Below are positions 12,271-24,949 of a stretch of 64,000 bases of DNA, in pieces. The stretch comes from Octopus bimaculoides (Eukaryota). Each line of letters starts with the position of its first letter. The first letter of the stretch is position 1. Below the pieces are notes generated by a model. It was given only the letters and a program-made list of their open reading frames with translations. It was not told where the DNA came from and ran no database searches. The DNA is taken from contig NC_068988.1 in NCBI RefSeq assembly GCF_001194135.2, positions 94,469,057 to 94,533,056 of the forward strand, read 5' to 3'. A program made the position numbers and the translations under genes.

Positions 12271-13219
12271 CTTCTCTTTATAAATATTCTGAAAACTATT
12301 CATAGGCCTGGAATTTTTATCACATTCTTTTAATTTTTATATAGATGCATGCTAATACGCGACCTACGTTGGACTCCACATTCGCATCATTATCGTACCT
12401 GGAGCTTAACTATAGTATGTCCATAGCATTACCTTACTCAGTATTACCTGAAACCTTTGGTCTTCTTGACATCAATACCTCTCATACCCTCGATATANNN
12501 NNNNNNNNNNNNNNNNNNNNNNNNNNNNNNNNNNNNNNNNNNNNNNNNNNNNNNNNNNNNNNNNNNNNNNNNNNNNNNNNNNNNNNNNNNNNNNNNNNNN
12601 NNNNNNNNNNNNNNNNNNNNNNNNNNNNNNNNNNNNNNNNNNNNNNNNNNNNNNNNNNNNNNNNNNNNNNNNNNNNNNNNNNNNNNNNNNNNNNNNNNNN
12701 NNNNNNNNNNNNNNNNNNNNNNNNNNNNNNNNNNNNNNNNNNNNNNNNNNNNNNNNNNNNNNNNNNNNNNNNNNNNNNNNNNNNNNNNNNNNNNNNNNNN
12801 NNNNNNNNNNNNNNNNNNNNNNNNNNNNNNNNNNNNNNNNNNNNNNNNNNNNNNNNNNNNNNNNNNNNNNNNNNNNNNNNNNNNNNNNNNNNNNNNNNNN
12901 NNNNNNNNNNNNNNNNNNNNNNNNNNNNNNNNNNNNNNNNNNNNNNNNNNNNNNNNNNNNNNNNNNNNNNNNNNNNNNNNNNNNNNNNNNNNNNNNNNNN
13001 NNNNNNNNNNNNNNNNNNNNNNNNNNNNNNNNNNNNNNNNNNNNNNNNNNNNNNNNNNNNNNNNNNNNNNNNNNNNNNNNNNNNNNNNNNNNNNNNNNNN
13101 NNNNNNNNNNNNNNNNNNNNNNNNNNNNNNNNNNNNNNNNNNNNNNNNNNNNNNNNNNNNNNNNNNNNNNNNNNNNNNNNNNNNNNNNNATATATATATA
13201 TATATATGTGTGTGTTTGA

Positions 13220-13275
<56 letters not shown>

Positions 13276-13518
13276 GATATACATACATATATACACAACC
13301 ATATCTTGAATGGCACACTGCGTGTGTTATACTTTGTTATACATAATTCCATTAGCATCGTCGTTACTAACAGTATTTCTAATTGTTATTTTCCATATAT
13401 TTTTAAAGGCTAAATGAAAAGTAAAGGAAAAAAATCAATACCTGTAAAAACACCCCTACCACACACACACACATAAATGTGTGCGCGTGTACATATGTGT
13501 ATGAGAGTGTGTGTAACT

Positions 13519-13551
<33 letters not shown>

Positions 13552-14176
13552 ACTAGCTAAAAAATTATTATGAAGGTTTTTATTCCGCTTTCTTTTGTAT
13601 GTTGTCCATTATCGCTCCATATTACACTTTCTATTGGGAATGTGAAAAATATATAATGTTCCAATTAATGACAGCAGTCACGTTTTACTTTCGTTTCTGG
13701 AAGCGATGATGACAACAAGATTTTTTCCTGGTTCCTGCATGAACTTTCTGAACTCACATTAAGCAGAGACTTGCAATCTTTTTTTTAAATATCTGGAAAA
13801 TTGCGATGATTCTGTGTTGCCTGCCATGTTCCTAAAAATACACTATGTCGAAGGTTATTCTCGCTAATATATTCCCAGGGAACACCATTCTGACCACCAA
13901 CAGCGTTCATTAAGAAAGGACGCCATAAGGAAGCCATTACTTTATCATAGCGATTCCGATGATTTTTCCCGCCATTTTATCAAGTGGTATCTAGTAACCA
14001 AATATATAGTGCGATGTAGGACTTGCTCAAGAAAGTTGCAATGAAATATTTACATGCGTATGTTCATACATTTTAACATACACGCGCAATTTACATTCGT
14101 TTGTTCAAGTTTTAGACAGAGATATGAGACGCATATTTTTCGAGTTTCTAGAAACCAGAACATCACTCGACATCTC

Positions 14177-14215
<39 letters not shown>

Positions 14216-14793
14216 TAAGGACTAGGAGCTCCCAGCTTCGGTTTCACGAAGACCTGTTTCCATCATCCTTTTCCCATCACTGCCAGATTTGGGATGAAAG
14301 ATAAAGATAGACCAGCGCCGTGCATTTGATTAAGTTGGATCCTGACTCACTAAGAATTGATGCGCGCACTTTGGTCGCATAGACATCCTTTGCGGCACAT
14401 CCTTTGTGCCATGTAACATGAAAGCTCGAGGTATGAAATTGCAATGGAATGCAGTGTGCTCATTCCAGTTTAACCTATGAATAAACAACAACAACAACAT
14501 ACTCTCAATGATATTGCTTTCACTTTGGCCCACCTTGCCTCACTTGAAATCTCTATGTTCAGTTACTAGGAATGCAAGTCATGAATTAGACGAGAATTAG
14601 TTTTTCTTGATAAACTTGAAGAAAATGAAACGAAAATCCCACAAAATTCAAAAGTTATGGAATATTCTAAATTTCATAAAATACTGAGACGCTTCACTTC
14701 GGCTGGATGTGTACGTCTTTATACGTAACTTGCTTCTTACTATCTATCTGTCTTTCTATTTATCTACATATCCATCTGTAATTTGTGTGTGTA

Positions 14794-14824
<31 letters not shown>

Positions 14825-15731
14825 GCAGACATTCATACATGCATACATGCATACATATATACATACATACAAGCATATATGTGTGTGTTTACGTTGGTGT
14901 ATGCGTGTGGATATTTAACCATTAATATTAAATAACTTAATAATTTTAAACGAATCTCATCTTTAGGGAAAATCTATTTTCAATATGTGATATCAGTGGG
15001 AGATTTAGACTCATTAAAAAATAGACCCATCTGATATTATTGACTTAATAATCGTGCCACATTTCGAACATACCAAAAAGATTTATATTTTGATGTATAT
15101 ATAACCAAATTGTTCACCTGAGATGTACAAAATATATCGAGTTTCAAGCTTTCCTGATGAGATATAAAATCAATTATCTCTAATATGTTCCTTGAAATAT
15201 ACGTGGAGAATAATTAGATAATTAATTCATTCCACTAAATGCCAGAAGGACGAGTACTGAGAGGCTGAGGATGAGTTAAGCGATCTGGTTCGATTCCTTA
15301 TAGAACAATCTCTTTCCACGTAATAACCTCCATATACGATATGATATGAGACAATACACTGAGGGCAAATACTCCTCAGTAGCGTACATGGTCATTCTTC
15401 ACAGTAATTTAAGTTATTCTTTCTCTAATGGAAGGTCACACACGTAATGTTGAGTCCTACTTAATCTAGCAATGTAACAACTGCATCACACTTCTTTGCT
15501 TTAAATTGTTAGTGCAATTAAGGCCACGCAGGTCATCACGAGCATGCTAATTCTAGTCCGTGTCTTTTTACACTTAGAAATAGGAGACATTTTAGTAACA
15601 GTTTTTACGAATACTAATGAATATTTTTTGTTGTGAAGAAGCATGAGATATCTATATTCCAGATTATAGGTTAAGTGTGAGCCAATCCCAAGGTTTGGAT
15701 TATGTTGTATTATTATGCGTAAGCGCAGAAT

Positions 15732-16009
15732 TGAGGGTCCCAACCGATACGATCAACGGAACAGCTTGCTTGGGAAATTAACGTGCAAGTGGCTGAGCAC
15801 TCCACAGACATGCATACCTTTAACGTAGTTCTCAGGGAGATTCAGCGTGACACAGAGTGACAAGGCTGACCCTTTGAAATACAGGTACTACTCATTTTTG
15901 CCAGCTGAGTGGACTGGAGCAATGGGAAATAAAGTGTCTTGCTGAAGGACACAACGCGTCGCCGGTAATTGAACTCACGACCTTACGATCGTCAGCCAAG
16001 CGCCTTAAC
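15732..16009 (-). mobile_element. 5'-truncated tRNA-derived SINE (family C variant) with 11-bp target-site duplication
   Basis: Reverse complement: GTGAGTTCAATTACC B box, TTGTGTCCTTCAGCAAGACACTTT and CCAGTCCACTCAGCTGG core; flanked by AAGCGCAGAAT at 15721-15731 and 16010-16020. Confidence 0.9.
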
Positions 16010-16448
16010 AAGCGCAGAATACATACATACACATAGCCTATGCAAAGTCACTTGCAAGCTGCGATTGCTGACAAAATCTTCCTCGCACCCGACTTCGCTG
16101 TCTTAGAAAAAAAAGCGCATTGGATCATGTGGATGTAGGCATACTATGGCTGAAGAGAAGGCATGATGTTCACGGTTGGAACNNNNNNNNNNNNNNNNNN
16201 NNNNNNNNNNNNNNNNNNNNNNNNNNNNNNNNNNNNNNNNNNNNNNNNNNNNNNNNNNNNNNNNNNNNNNNNNNNNNNNNNNNNNNNNNNNNNNNNNNNN
16301 NNNNNNNNNNNNNNNNNNNNNNNNNNNNNNNNNNNNNNNNNNNNNNNNNNNNNNNNNNNNNNNNNNNNNNNNNNNNNNNNNNNNNNNNNNTATCGGTGTC
16401 TTTTGTCGAACCTTAAAGTTGCGGGGACTTAAGCAAACCAACGCCAGT

Positions 16449-16787
16449 TGGCAAAATCGAGCTCAGCATAATTTGAACTCAGAACGTAAAGACGGACGAA
16501 GTGCCGCTAAGCATCTTGTTCGGCGTGCTAACGGTTCTGTCATCTTGCTGCCTGATAAGTGATAATCCTTTGTACTAAAGGCACAAGGCCTGAAATTTTG
16601 GGGGAGGGAGCCAGTCGATTCGATCGACCCCAGCACGTAAATGGTACTTAATTTAACGACCGCAAAAGGAGGAAAGGCAAAGTCGACCTCGGCGGAATTT
16701 GAACTCAGAACGTAATGACAGACAAAATACCAATTTCTTTATTACCCACCAGGGGGCTATAAAAAGAATGGGACAAAACAACTGATT
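16449..16787 (-). mobile_element. Cluster of SINE family A pieces (head 16449-16553, head-truncated copy 16563-16731, tail 16732-16787)
   Basis: GAACTCAGAACGTAA, GTCGACCTCGGCGGAATTTGAACTC, GGCACAAGGCCTGAAATTTTGG and TTTCTTTATTACCCAC modules visible. Confidence 0.85.
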
Positions 16788-16961
16788 GGGGTCAGTAACA
16801 TGGTATTACATAAATATGAATATAAAAATTATATAAAATATATAAGAATCGAATGAAATACGCAATACAAATATGACACAAATGTAGCGATGATCAGGCC
16901 ACGCTCCGACCCCATAAGCCACGATCTATCGCTGGTACTAACGTGACAGATGGTAAATATA

Positions 16962-17320
16962 GTCAGTGATTAAATCTGACTGATGATTGAATATGAGTTG
17001 TGGAATTGAACATGTGTGGTGAGTGGGTATGTATAATCAATAAATGGATATGATTGGGAATTGGAGATGACTGATTGAATATGACTGATGATGGAATATG
17101 GTTGGTGATTTTACATGACTGATGATTAAATATGACCGATTACTCAAATGATATTGTTTATTAATTTTGGCTGGTTACTAAATATCATTAAGGATTAAAT
17201 ATAACCTTTGACTTAATATGTCTGTTTACTGAAAAAAACCCCTGACAACTGAATATTGTTAATGATTAAGTATAATCTATTTTTAAATATAACTTTTGAC
17301 TAATTATTGATGGAATTATA
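16962..17320. repeat. Old degenerate 17-bp tandem array (GACTGATGATTGAATAT-like)
   Basis: Period clearest at 17070-17150 (gactgatgatggaatat ggttggtgattttacat gactgatgattaaatat); right boundary approximate. Confidence 0.7.
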
Positions 17321-17411
17321 ATTTAGTCGCTTGAGATACATACATATTCTATCGATCACTATTTGAGATCAGCAGGAATAACATTTATCAATGTGTTCAA
17401 ATCGAAACGTT

Positions 17412-17742
17412 GTGGCTGTGTGGTACGAAGTTTTCTTCCTAACCACATGATTCCAGCTTCAGTTCCACTGCGTGGCACCTCGAGAAAGTGTCTTCTTCTT
17501 TAGCCTTGGGGCGATCAAAGCCTTGTGAGTGGATTTGGTACATAGAAATGGAAACTGAAAGAAACTCGTCGAATGTGTGTTTGTGTGTGTGTGTGTATCT
17601 GTATTTGTGTATCACTACAGCTTCACAACCAGCGTTGTTATGTTTACCTCTCCTTAAATAAGTTGATTCATTTAGCTAAAATTTCTTCAAGGTGGTGACC
17701 CAGCATGGCCGCAGTCAAATGAGTGAAACAAGTACAAAATAA
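17412..17742 (+). mobile_element. SINE family B, diverged
   Basis: GTGGCTGTGTGGTACGAAG head, AAAGCCTTGTGAGTGGATTTGGTA, tail CAGCATGGCCGCAGTCAAATGAGTGAAACAAG. Confidence 0.85.
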
Positions 17743-17779
17743 ACGATACCATTCTCGAGACTTCCAAACATCAAAGTAT

Positions 17780-18031
17780 GATTGGTGATTGAATAAGATT
17801 GGTGATTGAATAAGAATAGTGATTGGATAAGAGTGGTGATTGAATAAGAGTGGTGATTGAACAGAGACTGGTGATTGAATAAGACTNNNNNNNNNNGATA
17901 AGAGTGGTGATTGAATAAGAGTGGTGATTGAACAGAGACTGGTGATTGAATAAGACTCGTGATTGAATATGAATGGTGATTGAATAAGAGTGGAGATGGA
18001 ATAAGGCTGGTGACTGAATATCACTGGTGAT
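17780..18031. repeat. 17-bp minisatellite (GAGTGGTGATTGAATAA)n
   Basis: Regular 17-bp units; part of the array is duplicated across the 10-N gap at 17887-17896. Confidence 0.9.
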
Positions 18032-18769
18032 AGAGCATAACTAATGCTTATCAGAATGGCACGGATAGTTTTTGAAATAAAGGCTTAAAAGGACGTCACT
18101 GTACAGCAGAACGCATGTCGTCCAACTGCCATTACTTCAACTGCACAAACAAGTAGCGTAATATAAATATGTCGATAATATTGGTCTCAGAATAACAGCG
18201 AGCTACATTTGTAAGAATTGATATTAATGGGGAATGTGTAGTCGCGAGAGTAATGAATATAAACAGGGAAAGAAATTGATGAATGACAAGACAGATAAAA
18301 AAATAGAACAAAATGAAGAGAGGAAATGGAGAGATTTACGTAACATACGACTAAGTAGACACGATAGAGTAAAGGATAAAATTATCAGCTCAATATTTAG
18401 CTTGGTTCCTCCGAATCAGCGATCCTGATTATAACATAAACAGAGGAGATACGCTCTGTCCTCGAGGCATATTTGCCCCACATACTTAATACAGAGATGA
18501 GTTATTCAGTATTATTCAAATAAACCAATAGCTTAAGGGGCCGTCATCGTAAAATTCACAAGTCATTATCGTAATAATTATCACCAAAACATTTTATCTT
18601 CTTCAATTACTCCTTTACATTTTAAGTACTTGTATAAATTTGCTGAAGATGATTAAATATGTTCAAGTAATATAATGTGGTCGATTCAATCACTTCTACC
18701 AACCAGTAATAAAACAAGCCTTATGGCTATCCAAAAGAAACCGTTCTTGTTGTTGTTGCTGTTATTATT

Positions 18770-18800
<31 letters not shown>

Positions 18801-18801
18801 A

Positions 18802-18844
<43 letters not shown>

Positions 18845-18991
18845 GTTGTTGTTGTTGTTGTTGCTTTTGTTGTTGTGATTGTTCTTGTATTATGCACGAA
18901 TTATTCTCATCTTTATTATTATAACGATCATCTCCATTCTTATTCTATTTTTATTTTTATTATTATCATTATTATTATCATTGACATTATT

Positions 18992-19127
18992 GAGTGAGAG
19001 AGCACCACATGCCATCAAAGTGACACTGGGGTACAAATATACAAAGCCCAGTATATCTGTCTGGTACCAGTTGAGTACTGGGGTCGTTGTAATCGACTTG
19101 TCCCACCCCCGCCAAGATTCAGGCCTT
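18992..19127 (+). mobile_element. Chimeric repeat fragment: unidentified SINE-like segment joined to family A core/tail
   Basis: GAGTGAGAGAGCACCACATGCCATCAAAGTGACACTGGGG... followed by GGTACCAGTTGAGTACTGGGGTCGTTGTAATCGAC; flanked by (ATT)n and (ACT)n. Confidence 0.65.
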
Positions 19128-19167
<40 letters not shown>

Positions 19168-19452
19168 CACTTTGCGTTGGCTCCTGACTGTTTGTTGGAC
19201 TTTGTTGAAAATAACTTGTTTACTTTTGTTGAGTGTTTATCAAATCTTTAAATAAGGACTTCAAATGCATTGGGTGAAGCGGGGCACCACCAAGTAGCAC
19301 TCTCAAGGGCAAAATTGTTCTGATATTTATTTGGTTTTGTTCGTTTCTTTCTCGTTGGAAATACAGCATCGTGTTAAAGCCCAGTTGCTCATTGGTATGA
19401 GCAGGTAGCAGGAAATCTCACAAATATCACACTACCAGCTTCAGAGGAGAGC

Positions 19453-19542
19453 AAATAAGTACCAGTGAAACACTGGGTTCAATTTAATCACAAGTCGCCT
19501 TCCCCAAAATTTCAGGCCTTGTGCCTTTTTTAGAAAGGATTA
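19453..19542 (+). mobile_element. SINE family A 3' fragment
   Basis: AAATAAGTACCAGTGAAACACTGGG...CCCCAAAATTTCAGGCCTTGTGCC ending in (TTA)n. Confidence 0.75.
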
Positions 19543-19558
19543 TTATTATTATTATTAT

Positions 19559-19609
<51 letters not shown>

Positions 19610-20908
19610 CGGCAGCGGTAGTGGTTGACAGAACTGATAAATGCGTATTTAGTTACATCTGTTTGCGTTCATTAAAGTTGACTTTTCGGATGTCATGTTA
19701 TTCTGTCATCATTTCAGAGCCAATAAAATAAGTACCGTTAATATTACTGGTACCTAGAAAATTGATGTCATATGTTCAAACGTTTTCTTGGGACTCATAG
19801 AAATAACGGCAATTAATTTCCTGAATCAGGGAAAATTTTCACTCCACTGAGGCAATCGTAGATTGAAAGAAAATTATAAAAATACTCAAAACCAGAAAAG
19901 AAATATGCTGCAAATGAGAGAAGTGCTAATTTTACATTCTTCAACAACTCTATGAGATATATTTCAATCCACAAAGCTCTACTAAAACGCCTGTCACTGC
20001 GTTCGACTTGGAATGTTATGTCCCAAACAATTCCTCATAGCTCATAGTATACGAAGAAGAAAAAAAATAACAACTTAAGACTTTTAAAATGATCAAGAAT
20101 CAGAACATTGGGAACGTTTCATAAATCTTAGTTTCTTTCAAAGAATCGCATTTTTCTAGACGTTTTCTTCTTTCCATTCTACAAGGAGTTTAGCGAATTC
20201 TTCAATGCACACAAAATGTTGTAAACCTTTTTCACTTCATGATTTTTCTCAAAAGCCATTCCATTTGAGCTATCCGTCTATCTCTTTAATCTTTTCTTAT
20301 CTTCTAATTTTATTTTATTTGTTCACATTTTATGACAGAATAATAATTCCACCACAAGTATACTTGCATCTTCTTGTTTTTTTTTTTGTGTTATATTTTT
20401 TTGTGTTTTTGCTTAATGAATAGGATTTCTAAAAATTTCGATTTCAAATTCTCTCACCTCTCTATCCTTCTTTCTCCCCTACACTTCTCAAGCGTCCTCT
20501 CTCGTTATATATCTATACCTACATGCATGTGTGTGTGTGGTGAAAGAGAGAGAGAGGGCGAAATTATGTATACACATACATATATATGTGTCTGTATGTG
20601 TGTTTGCTCCCCCGTTCAAATATATGCATCTATCGATGAATATAAATATATAAACATAAACGTATACATAACTATGTGTATACATACCTCTTTAACTCTC
20701 TCTCCCACACCATCTCTCTCTCTATCTCTCACTCTCTCCGTCTACACACACATACATATACGCATACATCACATACACACATATAAATATAAATATATAT
20801 CAATACATACATACATATATTATCTGATTTATTATTCTTGAATATTAGTATTTTTCTAGATGACTGACTTCGAAGAATGTTCATTATCTCTGTTGCAATT
20901 TATCTACA

Positions 20909-20994
<86 letters not shown>

Positions 20995-21749
20995 ATACAC
21001 AATATACACACACATATATATAGCATAGAATGACAGGACCGCCTTTGTTTAATTGATGACGCAGGTTGCCCGGTAAGCAATGGCTACCTATTTCGATTCT
21101 CAGTAAGGGTCCTGTCTTGCCACAAATTTTCACTTAAAATTTCTTATGTTCACATCTACATTATAGTTTCTTTTAAAGCCATAAAGCTGAATGATACTAT
21201 AATATAAAATTTTCACCATTATATGTTTCTATTCAAATTCACTGTGCTTCGAGTCAGATGTTTCTAGTCGTTTCTCCAGTTGCCTAATATCTTCGGCTCT
21301 TATATTGTCTCTCATGAACTTTGTAGGTACGACATTGTGTTTAAGAAGTGTCCAATTATTGATAAAAAATGTAACGGGCAAAACAAATAACATTAAACTC
21401 TCTGACGTTCTCTACTAATTTGGAGAACGGGTGAGACTTGATATCCTGGAAACAATAATGCTAACTCCAAAATGTGAGCCTACAACGGTAGTGCAGCCAC
21501 CAAAATGCTGGTAAGGTGATAGAGGAACAATGCGAATAAAATGATAACTTTGTATGCAGAGTTAAGAAAATAAGAAAAGAAATACTATAAAGGGCATTTA
21601 TACTATCAGACGAACATAGTAGGCTGGCGCAAAAGAGAAATGGAAGGTCTTGACAGATCGAACAGGAGGACAGACGAACTTGACCGGCCTGGATGGTGGC
21701 TGGTCGGAAAAGGACGACAATGCCTTGGCCGGACAGCGATCATGCGGTA

Positions 21750-22080
21750 GGGGAGAAAAATAGTTGTAGAGGGCAGAGGGATTAAAGAATAAGAGGGAGA
21801 GGAGGAAAGATGAATTACGGAATAGGAGAAGGAGAAGGAGAAAGAAATAAGAGGAACTAAAGAATGAGAAGGTGGCTTAGAGAGAGAGAGAGAGATACAA
21901 GCGAGGGGGGAAAGCAGAAGAAGAGGGAAGGGGGAAAGAGGTACTAAGGAATAAGAGAGAATGAAAATAAAATCAGAGGGACTGAGGAGCGAGAGGGAGA
22001 GAAAGAGAGTGAGAGACAGAGGCAGAGTAAAGGGAGAAACAAGGGAGATAATTGGGGAAAGAAAGAGAAGGTGAGAGTTG
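21750..22080. repeat. Purine-rich (GA-rich) low-complexity tract
   Basis: Nearly all A/G on the + strand. Confidence 0.9.
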
Positions 22081-23157
22081 TACATAATATTCAAGGAATT
22101 TTTTTGATTTTATGTAAGCTATGCGTAGCTGAAAAAATTCAGATCCTTTTCTGAAAATTCTAAGTCAATGTTTAACTCGAGATCCAAAATTTTCAGCGGC
22201 TGTAAGCATATGGCTAAGTTCCTGTTGACGAATTCGAATAACTATAACATAGGCTCTAAGTCACTAACTTTCAGTCTAAGGGAAGTAACTCCAACTCTAA
22301 TTCCCCCTCTTGCTTCTTTCGGAATTATTTTTCTCTTTCCTGTTTTTTAACCTGCTACCTTTTATGCATACTTCCTCCTCACCTTTTTTTCGCTTTTTTC
22401 TCGTCCCATTTTTTGTTCGTTGTGCCATGTTGGCAGTGTCTGATAGTTGTGCTAGGACACCAGACGTATTATAAAGCATTGTTTAGTATGCTGTCAGCCC
22501 ATGTAGCTAACAGTAGCATATAAAAGCATATATTGTGTTTATTAAATGATATTTATCTCCCACCAGATGGAATACTTTTTTGTTGATCTTACCATCACGG
22601 AACAAACGTTAAATATACCTGCAAATTTACAAACAAATCTTATTTCGAAAAGAATTAAGAACTGTCTCAGAATTTGTATATATATAATCTGGAGAGTATG
22701 CTTACAATTGTCATGTGGAAGAAGTGAATAAATAAGGGTGAATAAATAAGAAATTATATATACTCGTATGGGTGTTCGTCCATTCACCATTAATTGGGTG
22801 ATTTGGTATAACGAAGCATGTCTTTTGTTATCATTGTTGCTGAGAGTGTGGCGTCGCTTTGCGATCTGTAACCTTGAAGTTGTCACTGTAATACATTGGT
22901 AAGCTTACTTGAAGGTGTCATATCAAACACGTGTAAAATATAATTTTGTTTCTACCTCAAAATACTTCAGAGCAGAGGTCTTCTACCATATTTTTGTCTA
23001 CGGACTCCTTCGATTCTTAGTTTTTCTCTACTAGATGCCCATAGCCATTCGTTGCTATGTATGTGCGGATAGATAGATGGATATATAGACAGAGAGAGAG
23101 AGAGGGAGAGAGATAGATAGCACATGCGCTTACGAGCACACACACATACACACACAT

Positions 23158-23207
<50 letters not shown>

Positions 23208-24714
23208 GCGCACATATATTCGGAGCATAAATTATACACAAGTAGTAGCGATTCTCGAAGAAACCAATGAAGAGGCGTTTAAACGCTGAGAATATGCGTT
23301 ACTAACTAAAATTTAATGTTAATTTTTATTAATAAACAATGTGTACGTTCATGCGCATGTGTGTGTATATGTGTGCGTATGTATGCATCATCTAGGCTGT
23401 GTCTGCACTCCAGTTTTGGTACCACATAGTGTAAGTACCTTTTACGGAACCAGTTCAACGCAACCTATCTACCATTGGCTCAGTTCAATCAACACAACTT
23501 TAACTCCAACAAATTTATGATTTCTGCCCATGTTAGAAATCATAATTATTGATATAATTTCTTTTTTCTCTTGATTTTATTAATCAGCTCGAAACACTTC
23601 ATTAAGTTTAATTAATGATTTTTTCTATCATAAATGCAAATTAAAAGTAATAATTCAAAACGTTAATTGGGTCATATAAGAACATGTTTTGGTTTTATAT
23701 TCCTCTTTATAATAAATTCAAATTTGCTAAAATTTGTTTTAAAAAAATCTGGTATTCTGAAGAGTTTTTATTTTCTCTTTTATTCTTTTCTTTCTTATTG
23801 ATATACACGAATTTATTTACATTTTTTTTCTTTCTTTTCCATTTTCATTCATTAATTTATTTTATCTTCTTTTAATTTCTTCCTTCAGATAAAAGTCCTT
23901 TACCTCATCCAAGTTTTTTCAAGAATATATAGACTATTTTAATTAGCTTCAATGATGTGCAACTTAGTAATTCTAATTTTGTTTTATTTCTTGTTTTGCC
24001 ATTTTTGTTTTTGTTTTTGTTTCCAGCCACTAAACTTATTTACTTTCCATTACTTTCATTTCTACTGTTTTCCTTAATATATTTCTAACAAAAAGTAAAA
24101 AAAAAACGGAAAAATAAAGCTACATCAACAAATATGAGTAACACACACACACACAAAATAAGAAATAATTTTCGTAGATTCACAACATTTGAATTATTAA
24201 TTTGGCAGTTTTCTGCCTTTGTCTTCTTTAGCAGTCGATAAAACATCACTTATGATGAAGTAACAAACTCTCGTTGATAAGAGGCTCTTAAGAAACTAGC
24301 TTGAAAATTCAATCAGCATTATTAAATTGTGGCATTTTCGTTTCATTTTTAGTTGTCAGCCAATATTTACTGGTAAGAATTAATAGAATTATGAAAGTTA
24401 AACCAATGTTTCAAGACATCTTCTAGTTGTGTTCGCGTGGAAGCTGGAATTAAAATTACAAACAGTGTTATCAAATAATTAGGCAAAATCATGGCTGGCA
24501 ATGAGGTTGGCATAGTTATCTTTTACAGTAAAAACCGAAAGGAGATTGGCAACAAAATTACTCTTCATAGATTCGATAAATTAGAAGAGATGGGATGGAG
24601 TTTTACTTATAACTAATAGAGAAGCAAAGTTGCCGCATACTGAACATACATACATACATACATACATGTTTGTGTGTGTGTGTATGCAGGCGTAGCTGTG
24701 TGGTAAGAAGTCTT

Positions 24715-24949
24715 AAGGTGGCGAGCTGGCAGAAACGTTAGCACGCCAGGCGAAATGCTTAGCGGTATTTCGTCTGCCGTTACGTTCTGAGTTCAAATTC
24801 CGCCGAGATCGACTTTGCCTTTCATCCTTTCGGGGTCGATGAATTAAGTACCAGTTACGCGCTGGGATCGATATAATCGACTTAATCTGTTTGTCTGTCC
24901 TTGTTTGTCCCCTCTGTGTGTAGCCCCTTGTGGGCAGCAAAGAAATAAG
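24715..24949 (+). mobile_element. SINE family A, well-preserved full-length copy, preceded by a family B head stub (24687-24710)
   Basis: GGCGAGCTGGCAGAAACGTTAGCACGCC (A box), GAGTTCAAATTCCGCC (B box), core GTCGACTTTGCCTTTCATCCTTTCGGGGTCGAT...AAGTACCAG (resembles the MetaSINE domain from memory), tail TAGCCCCTTGTGGGCAGCAAAGAAATAAG. Confidence 0.92.

Noticed and set aside
15255-15300. GGTTCGATTCC perfect B box suggesting a tRNA gene
   Set aside because: No cloverleaf or acceptor stem; at most a decayed SINE head. All other A/B boxes belong to SINEs.
17826-17957. Exact duplication of about 60 bp within the 17-bp array
   Set aside because: Flanks a 10-N gap symmetrically; assembly artefact, so the true copy number is unknown.
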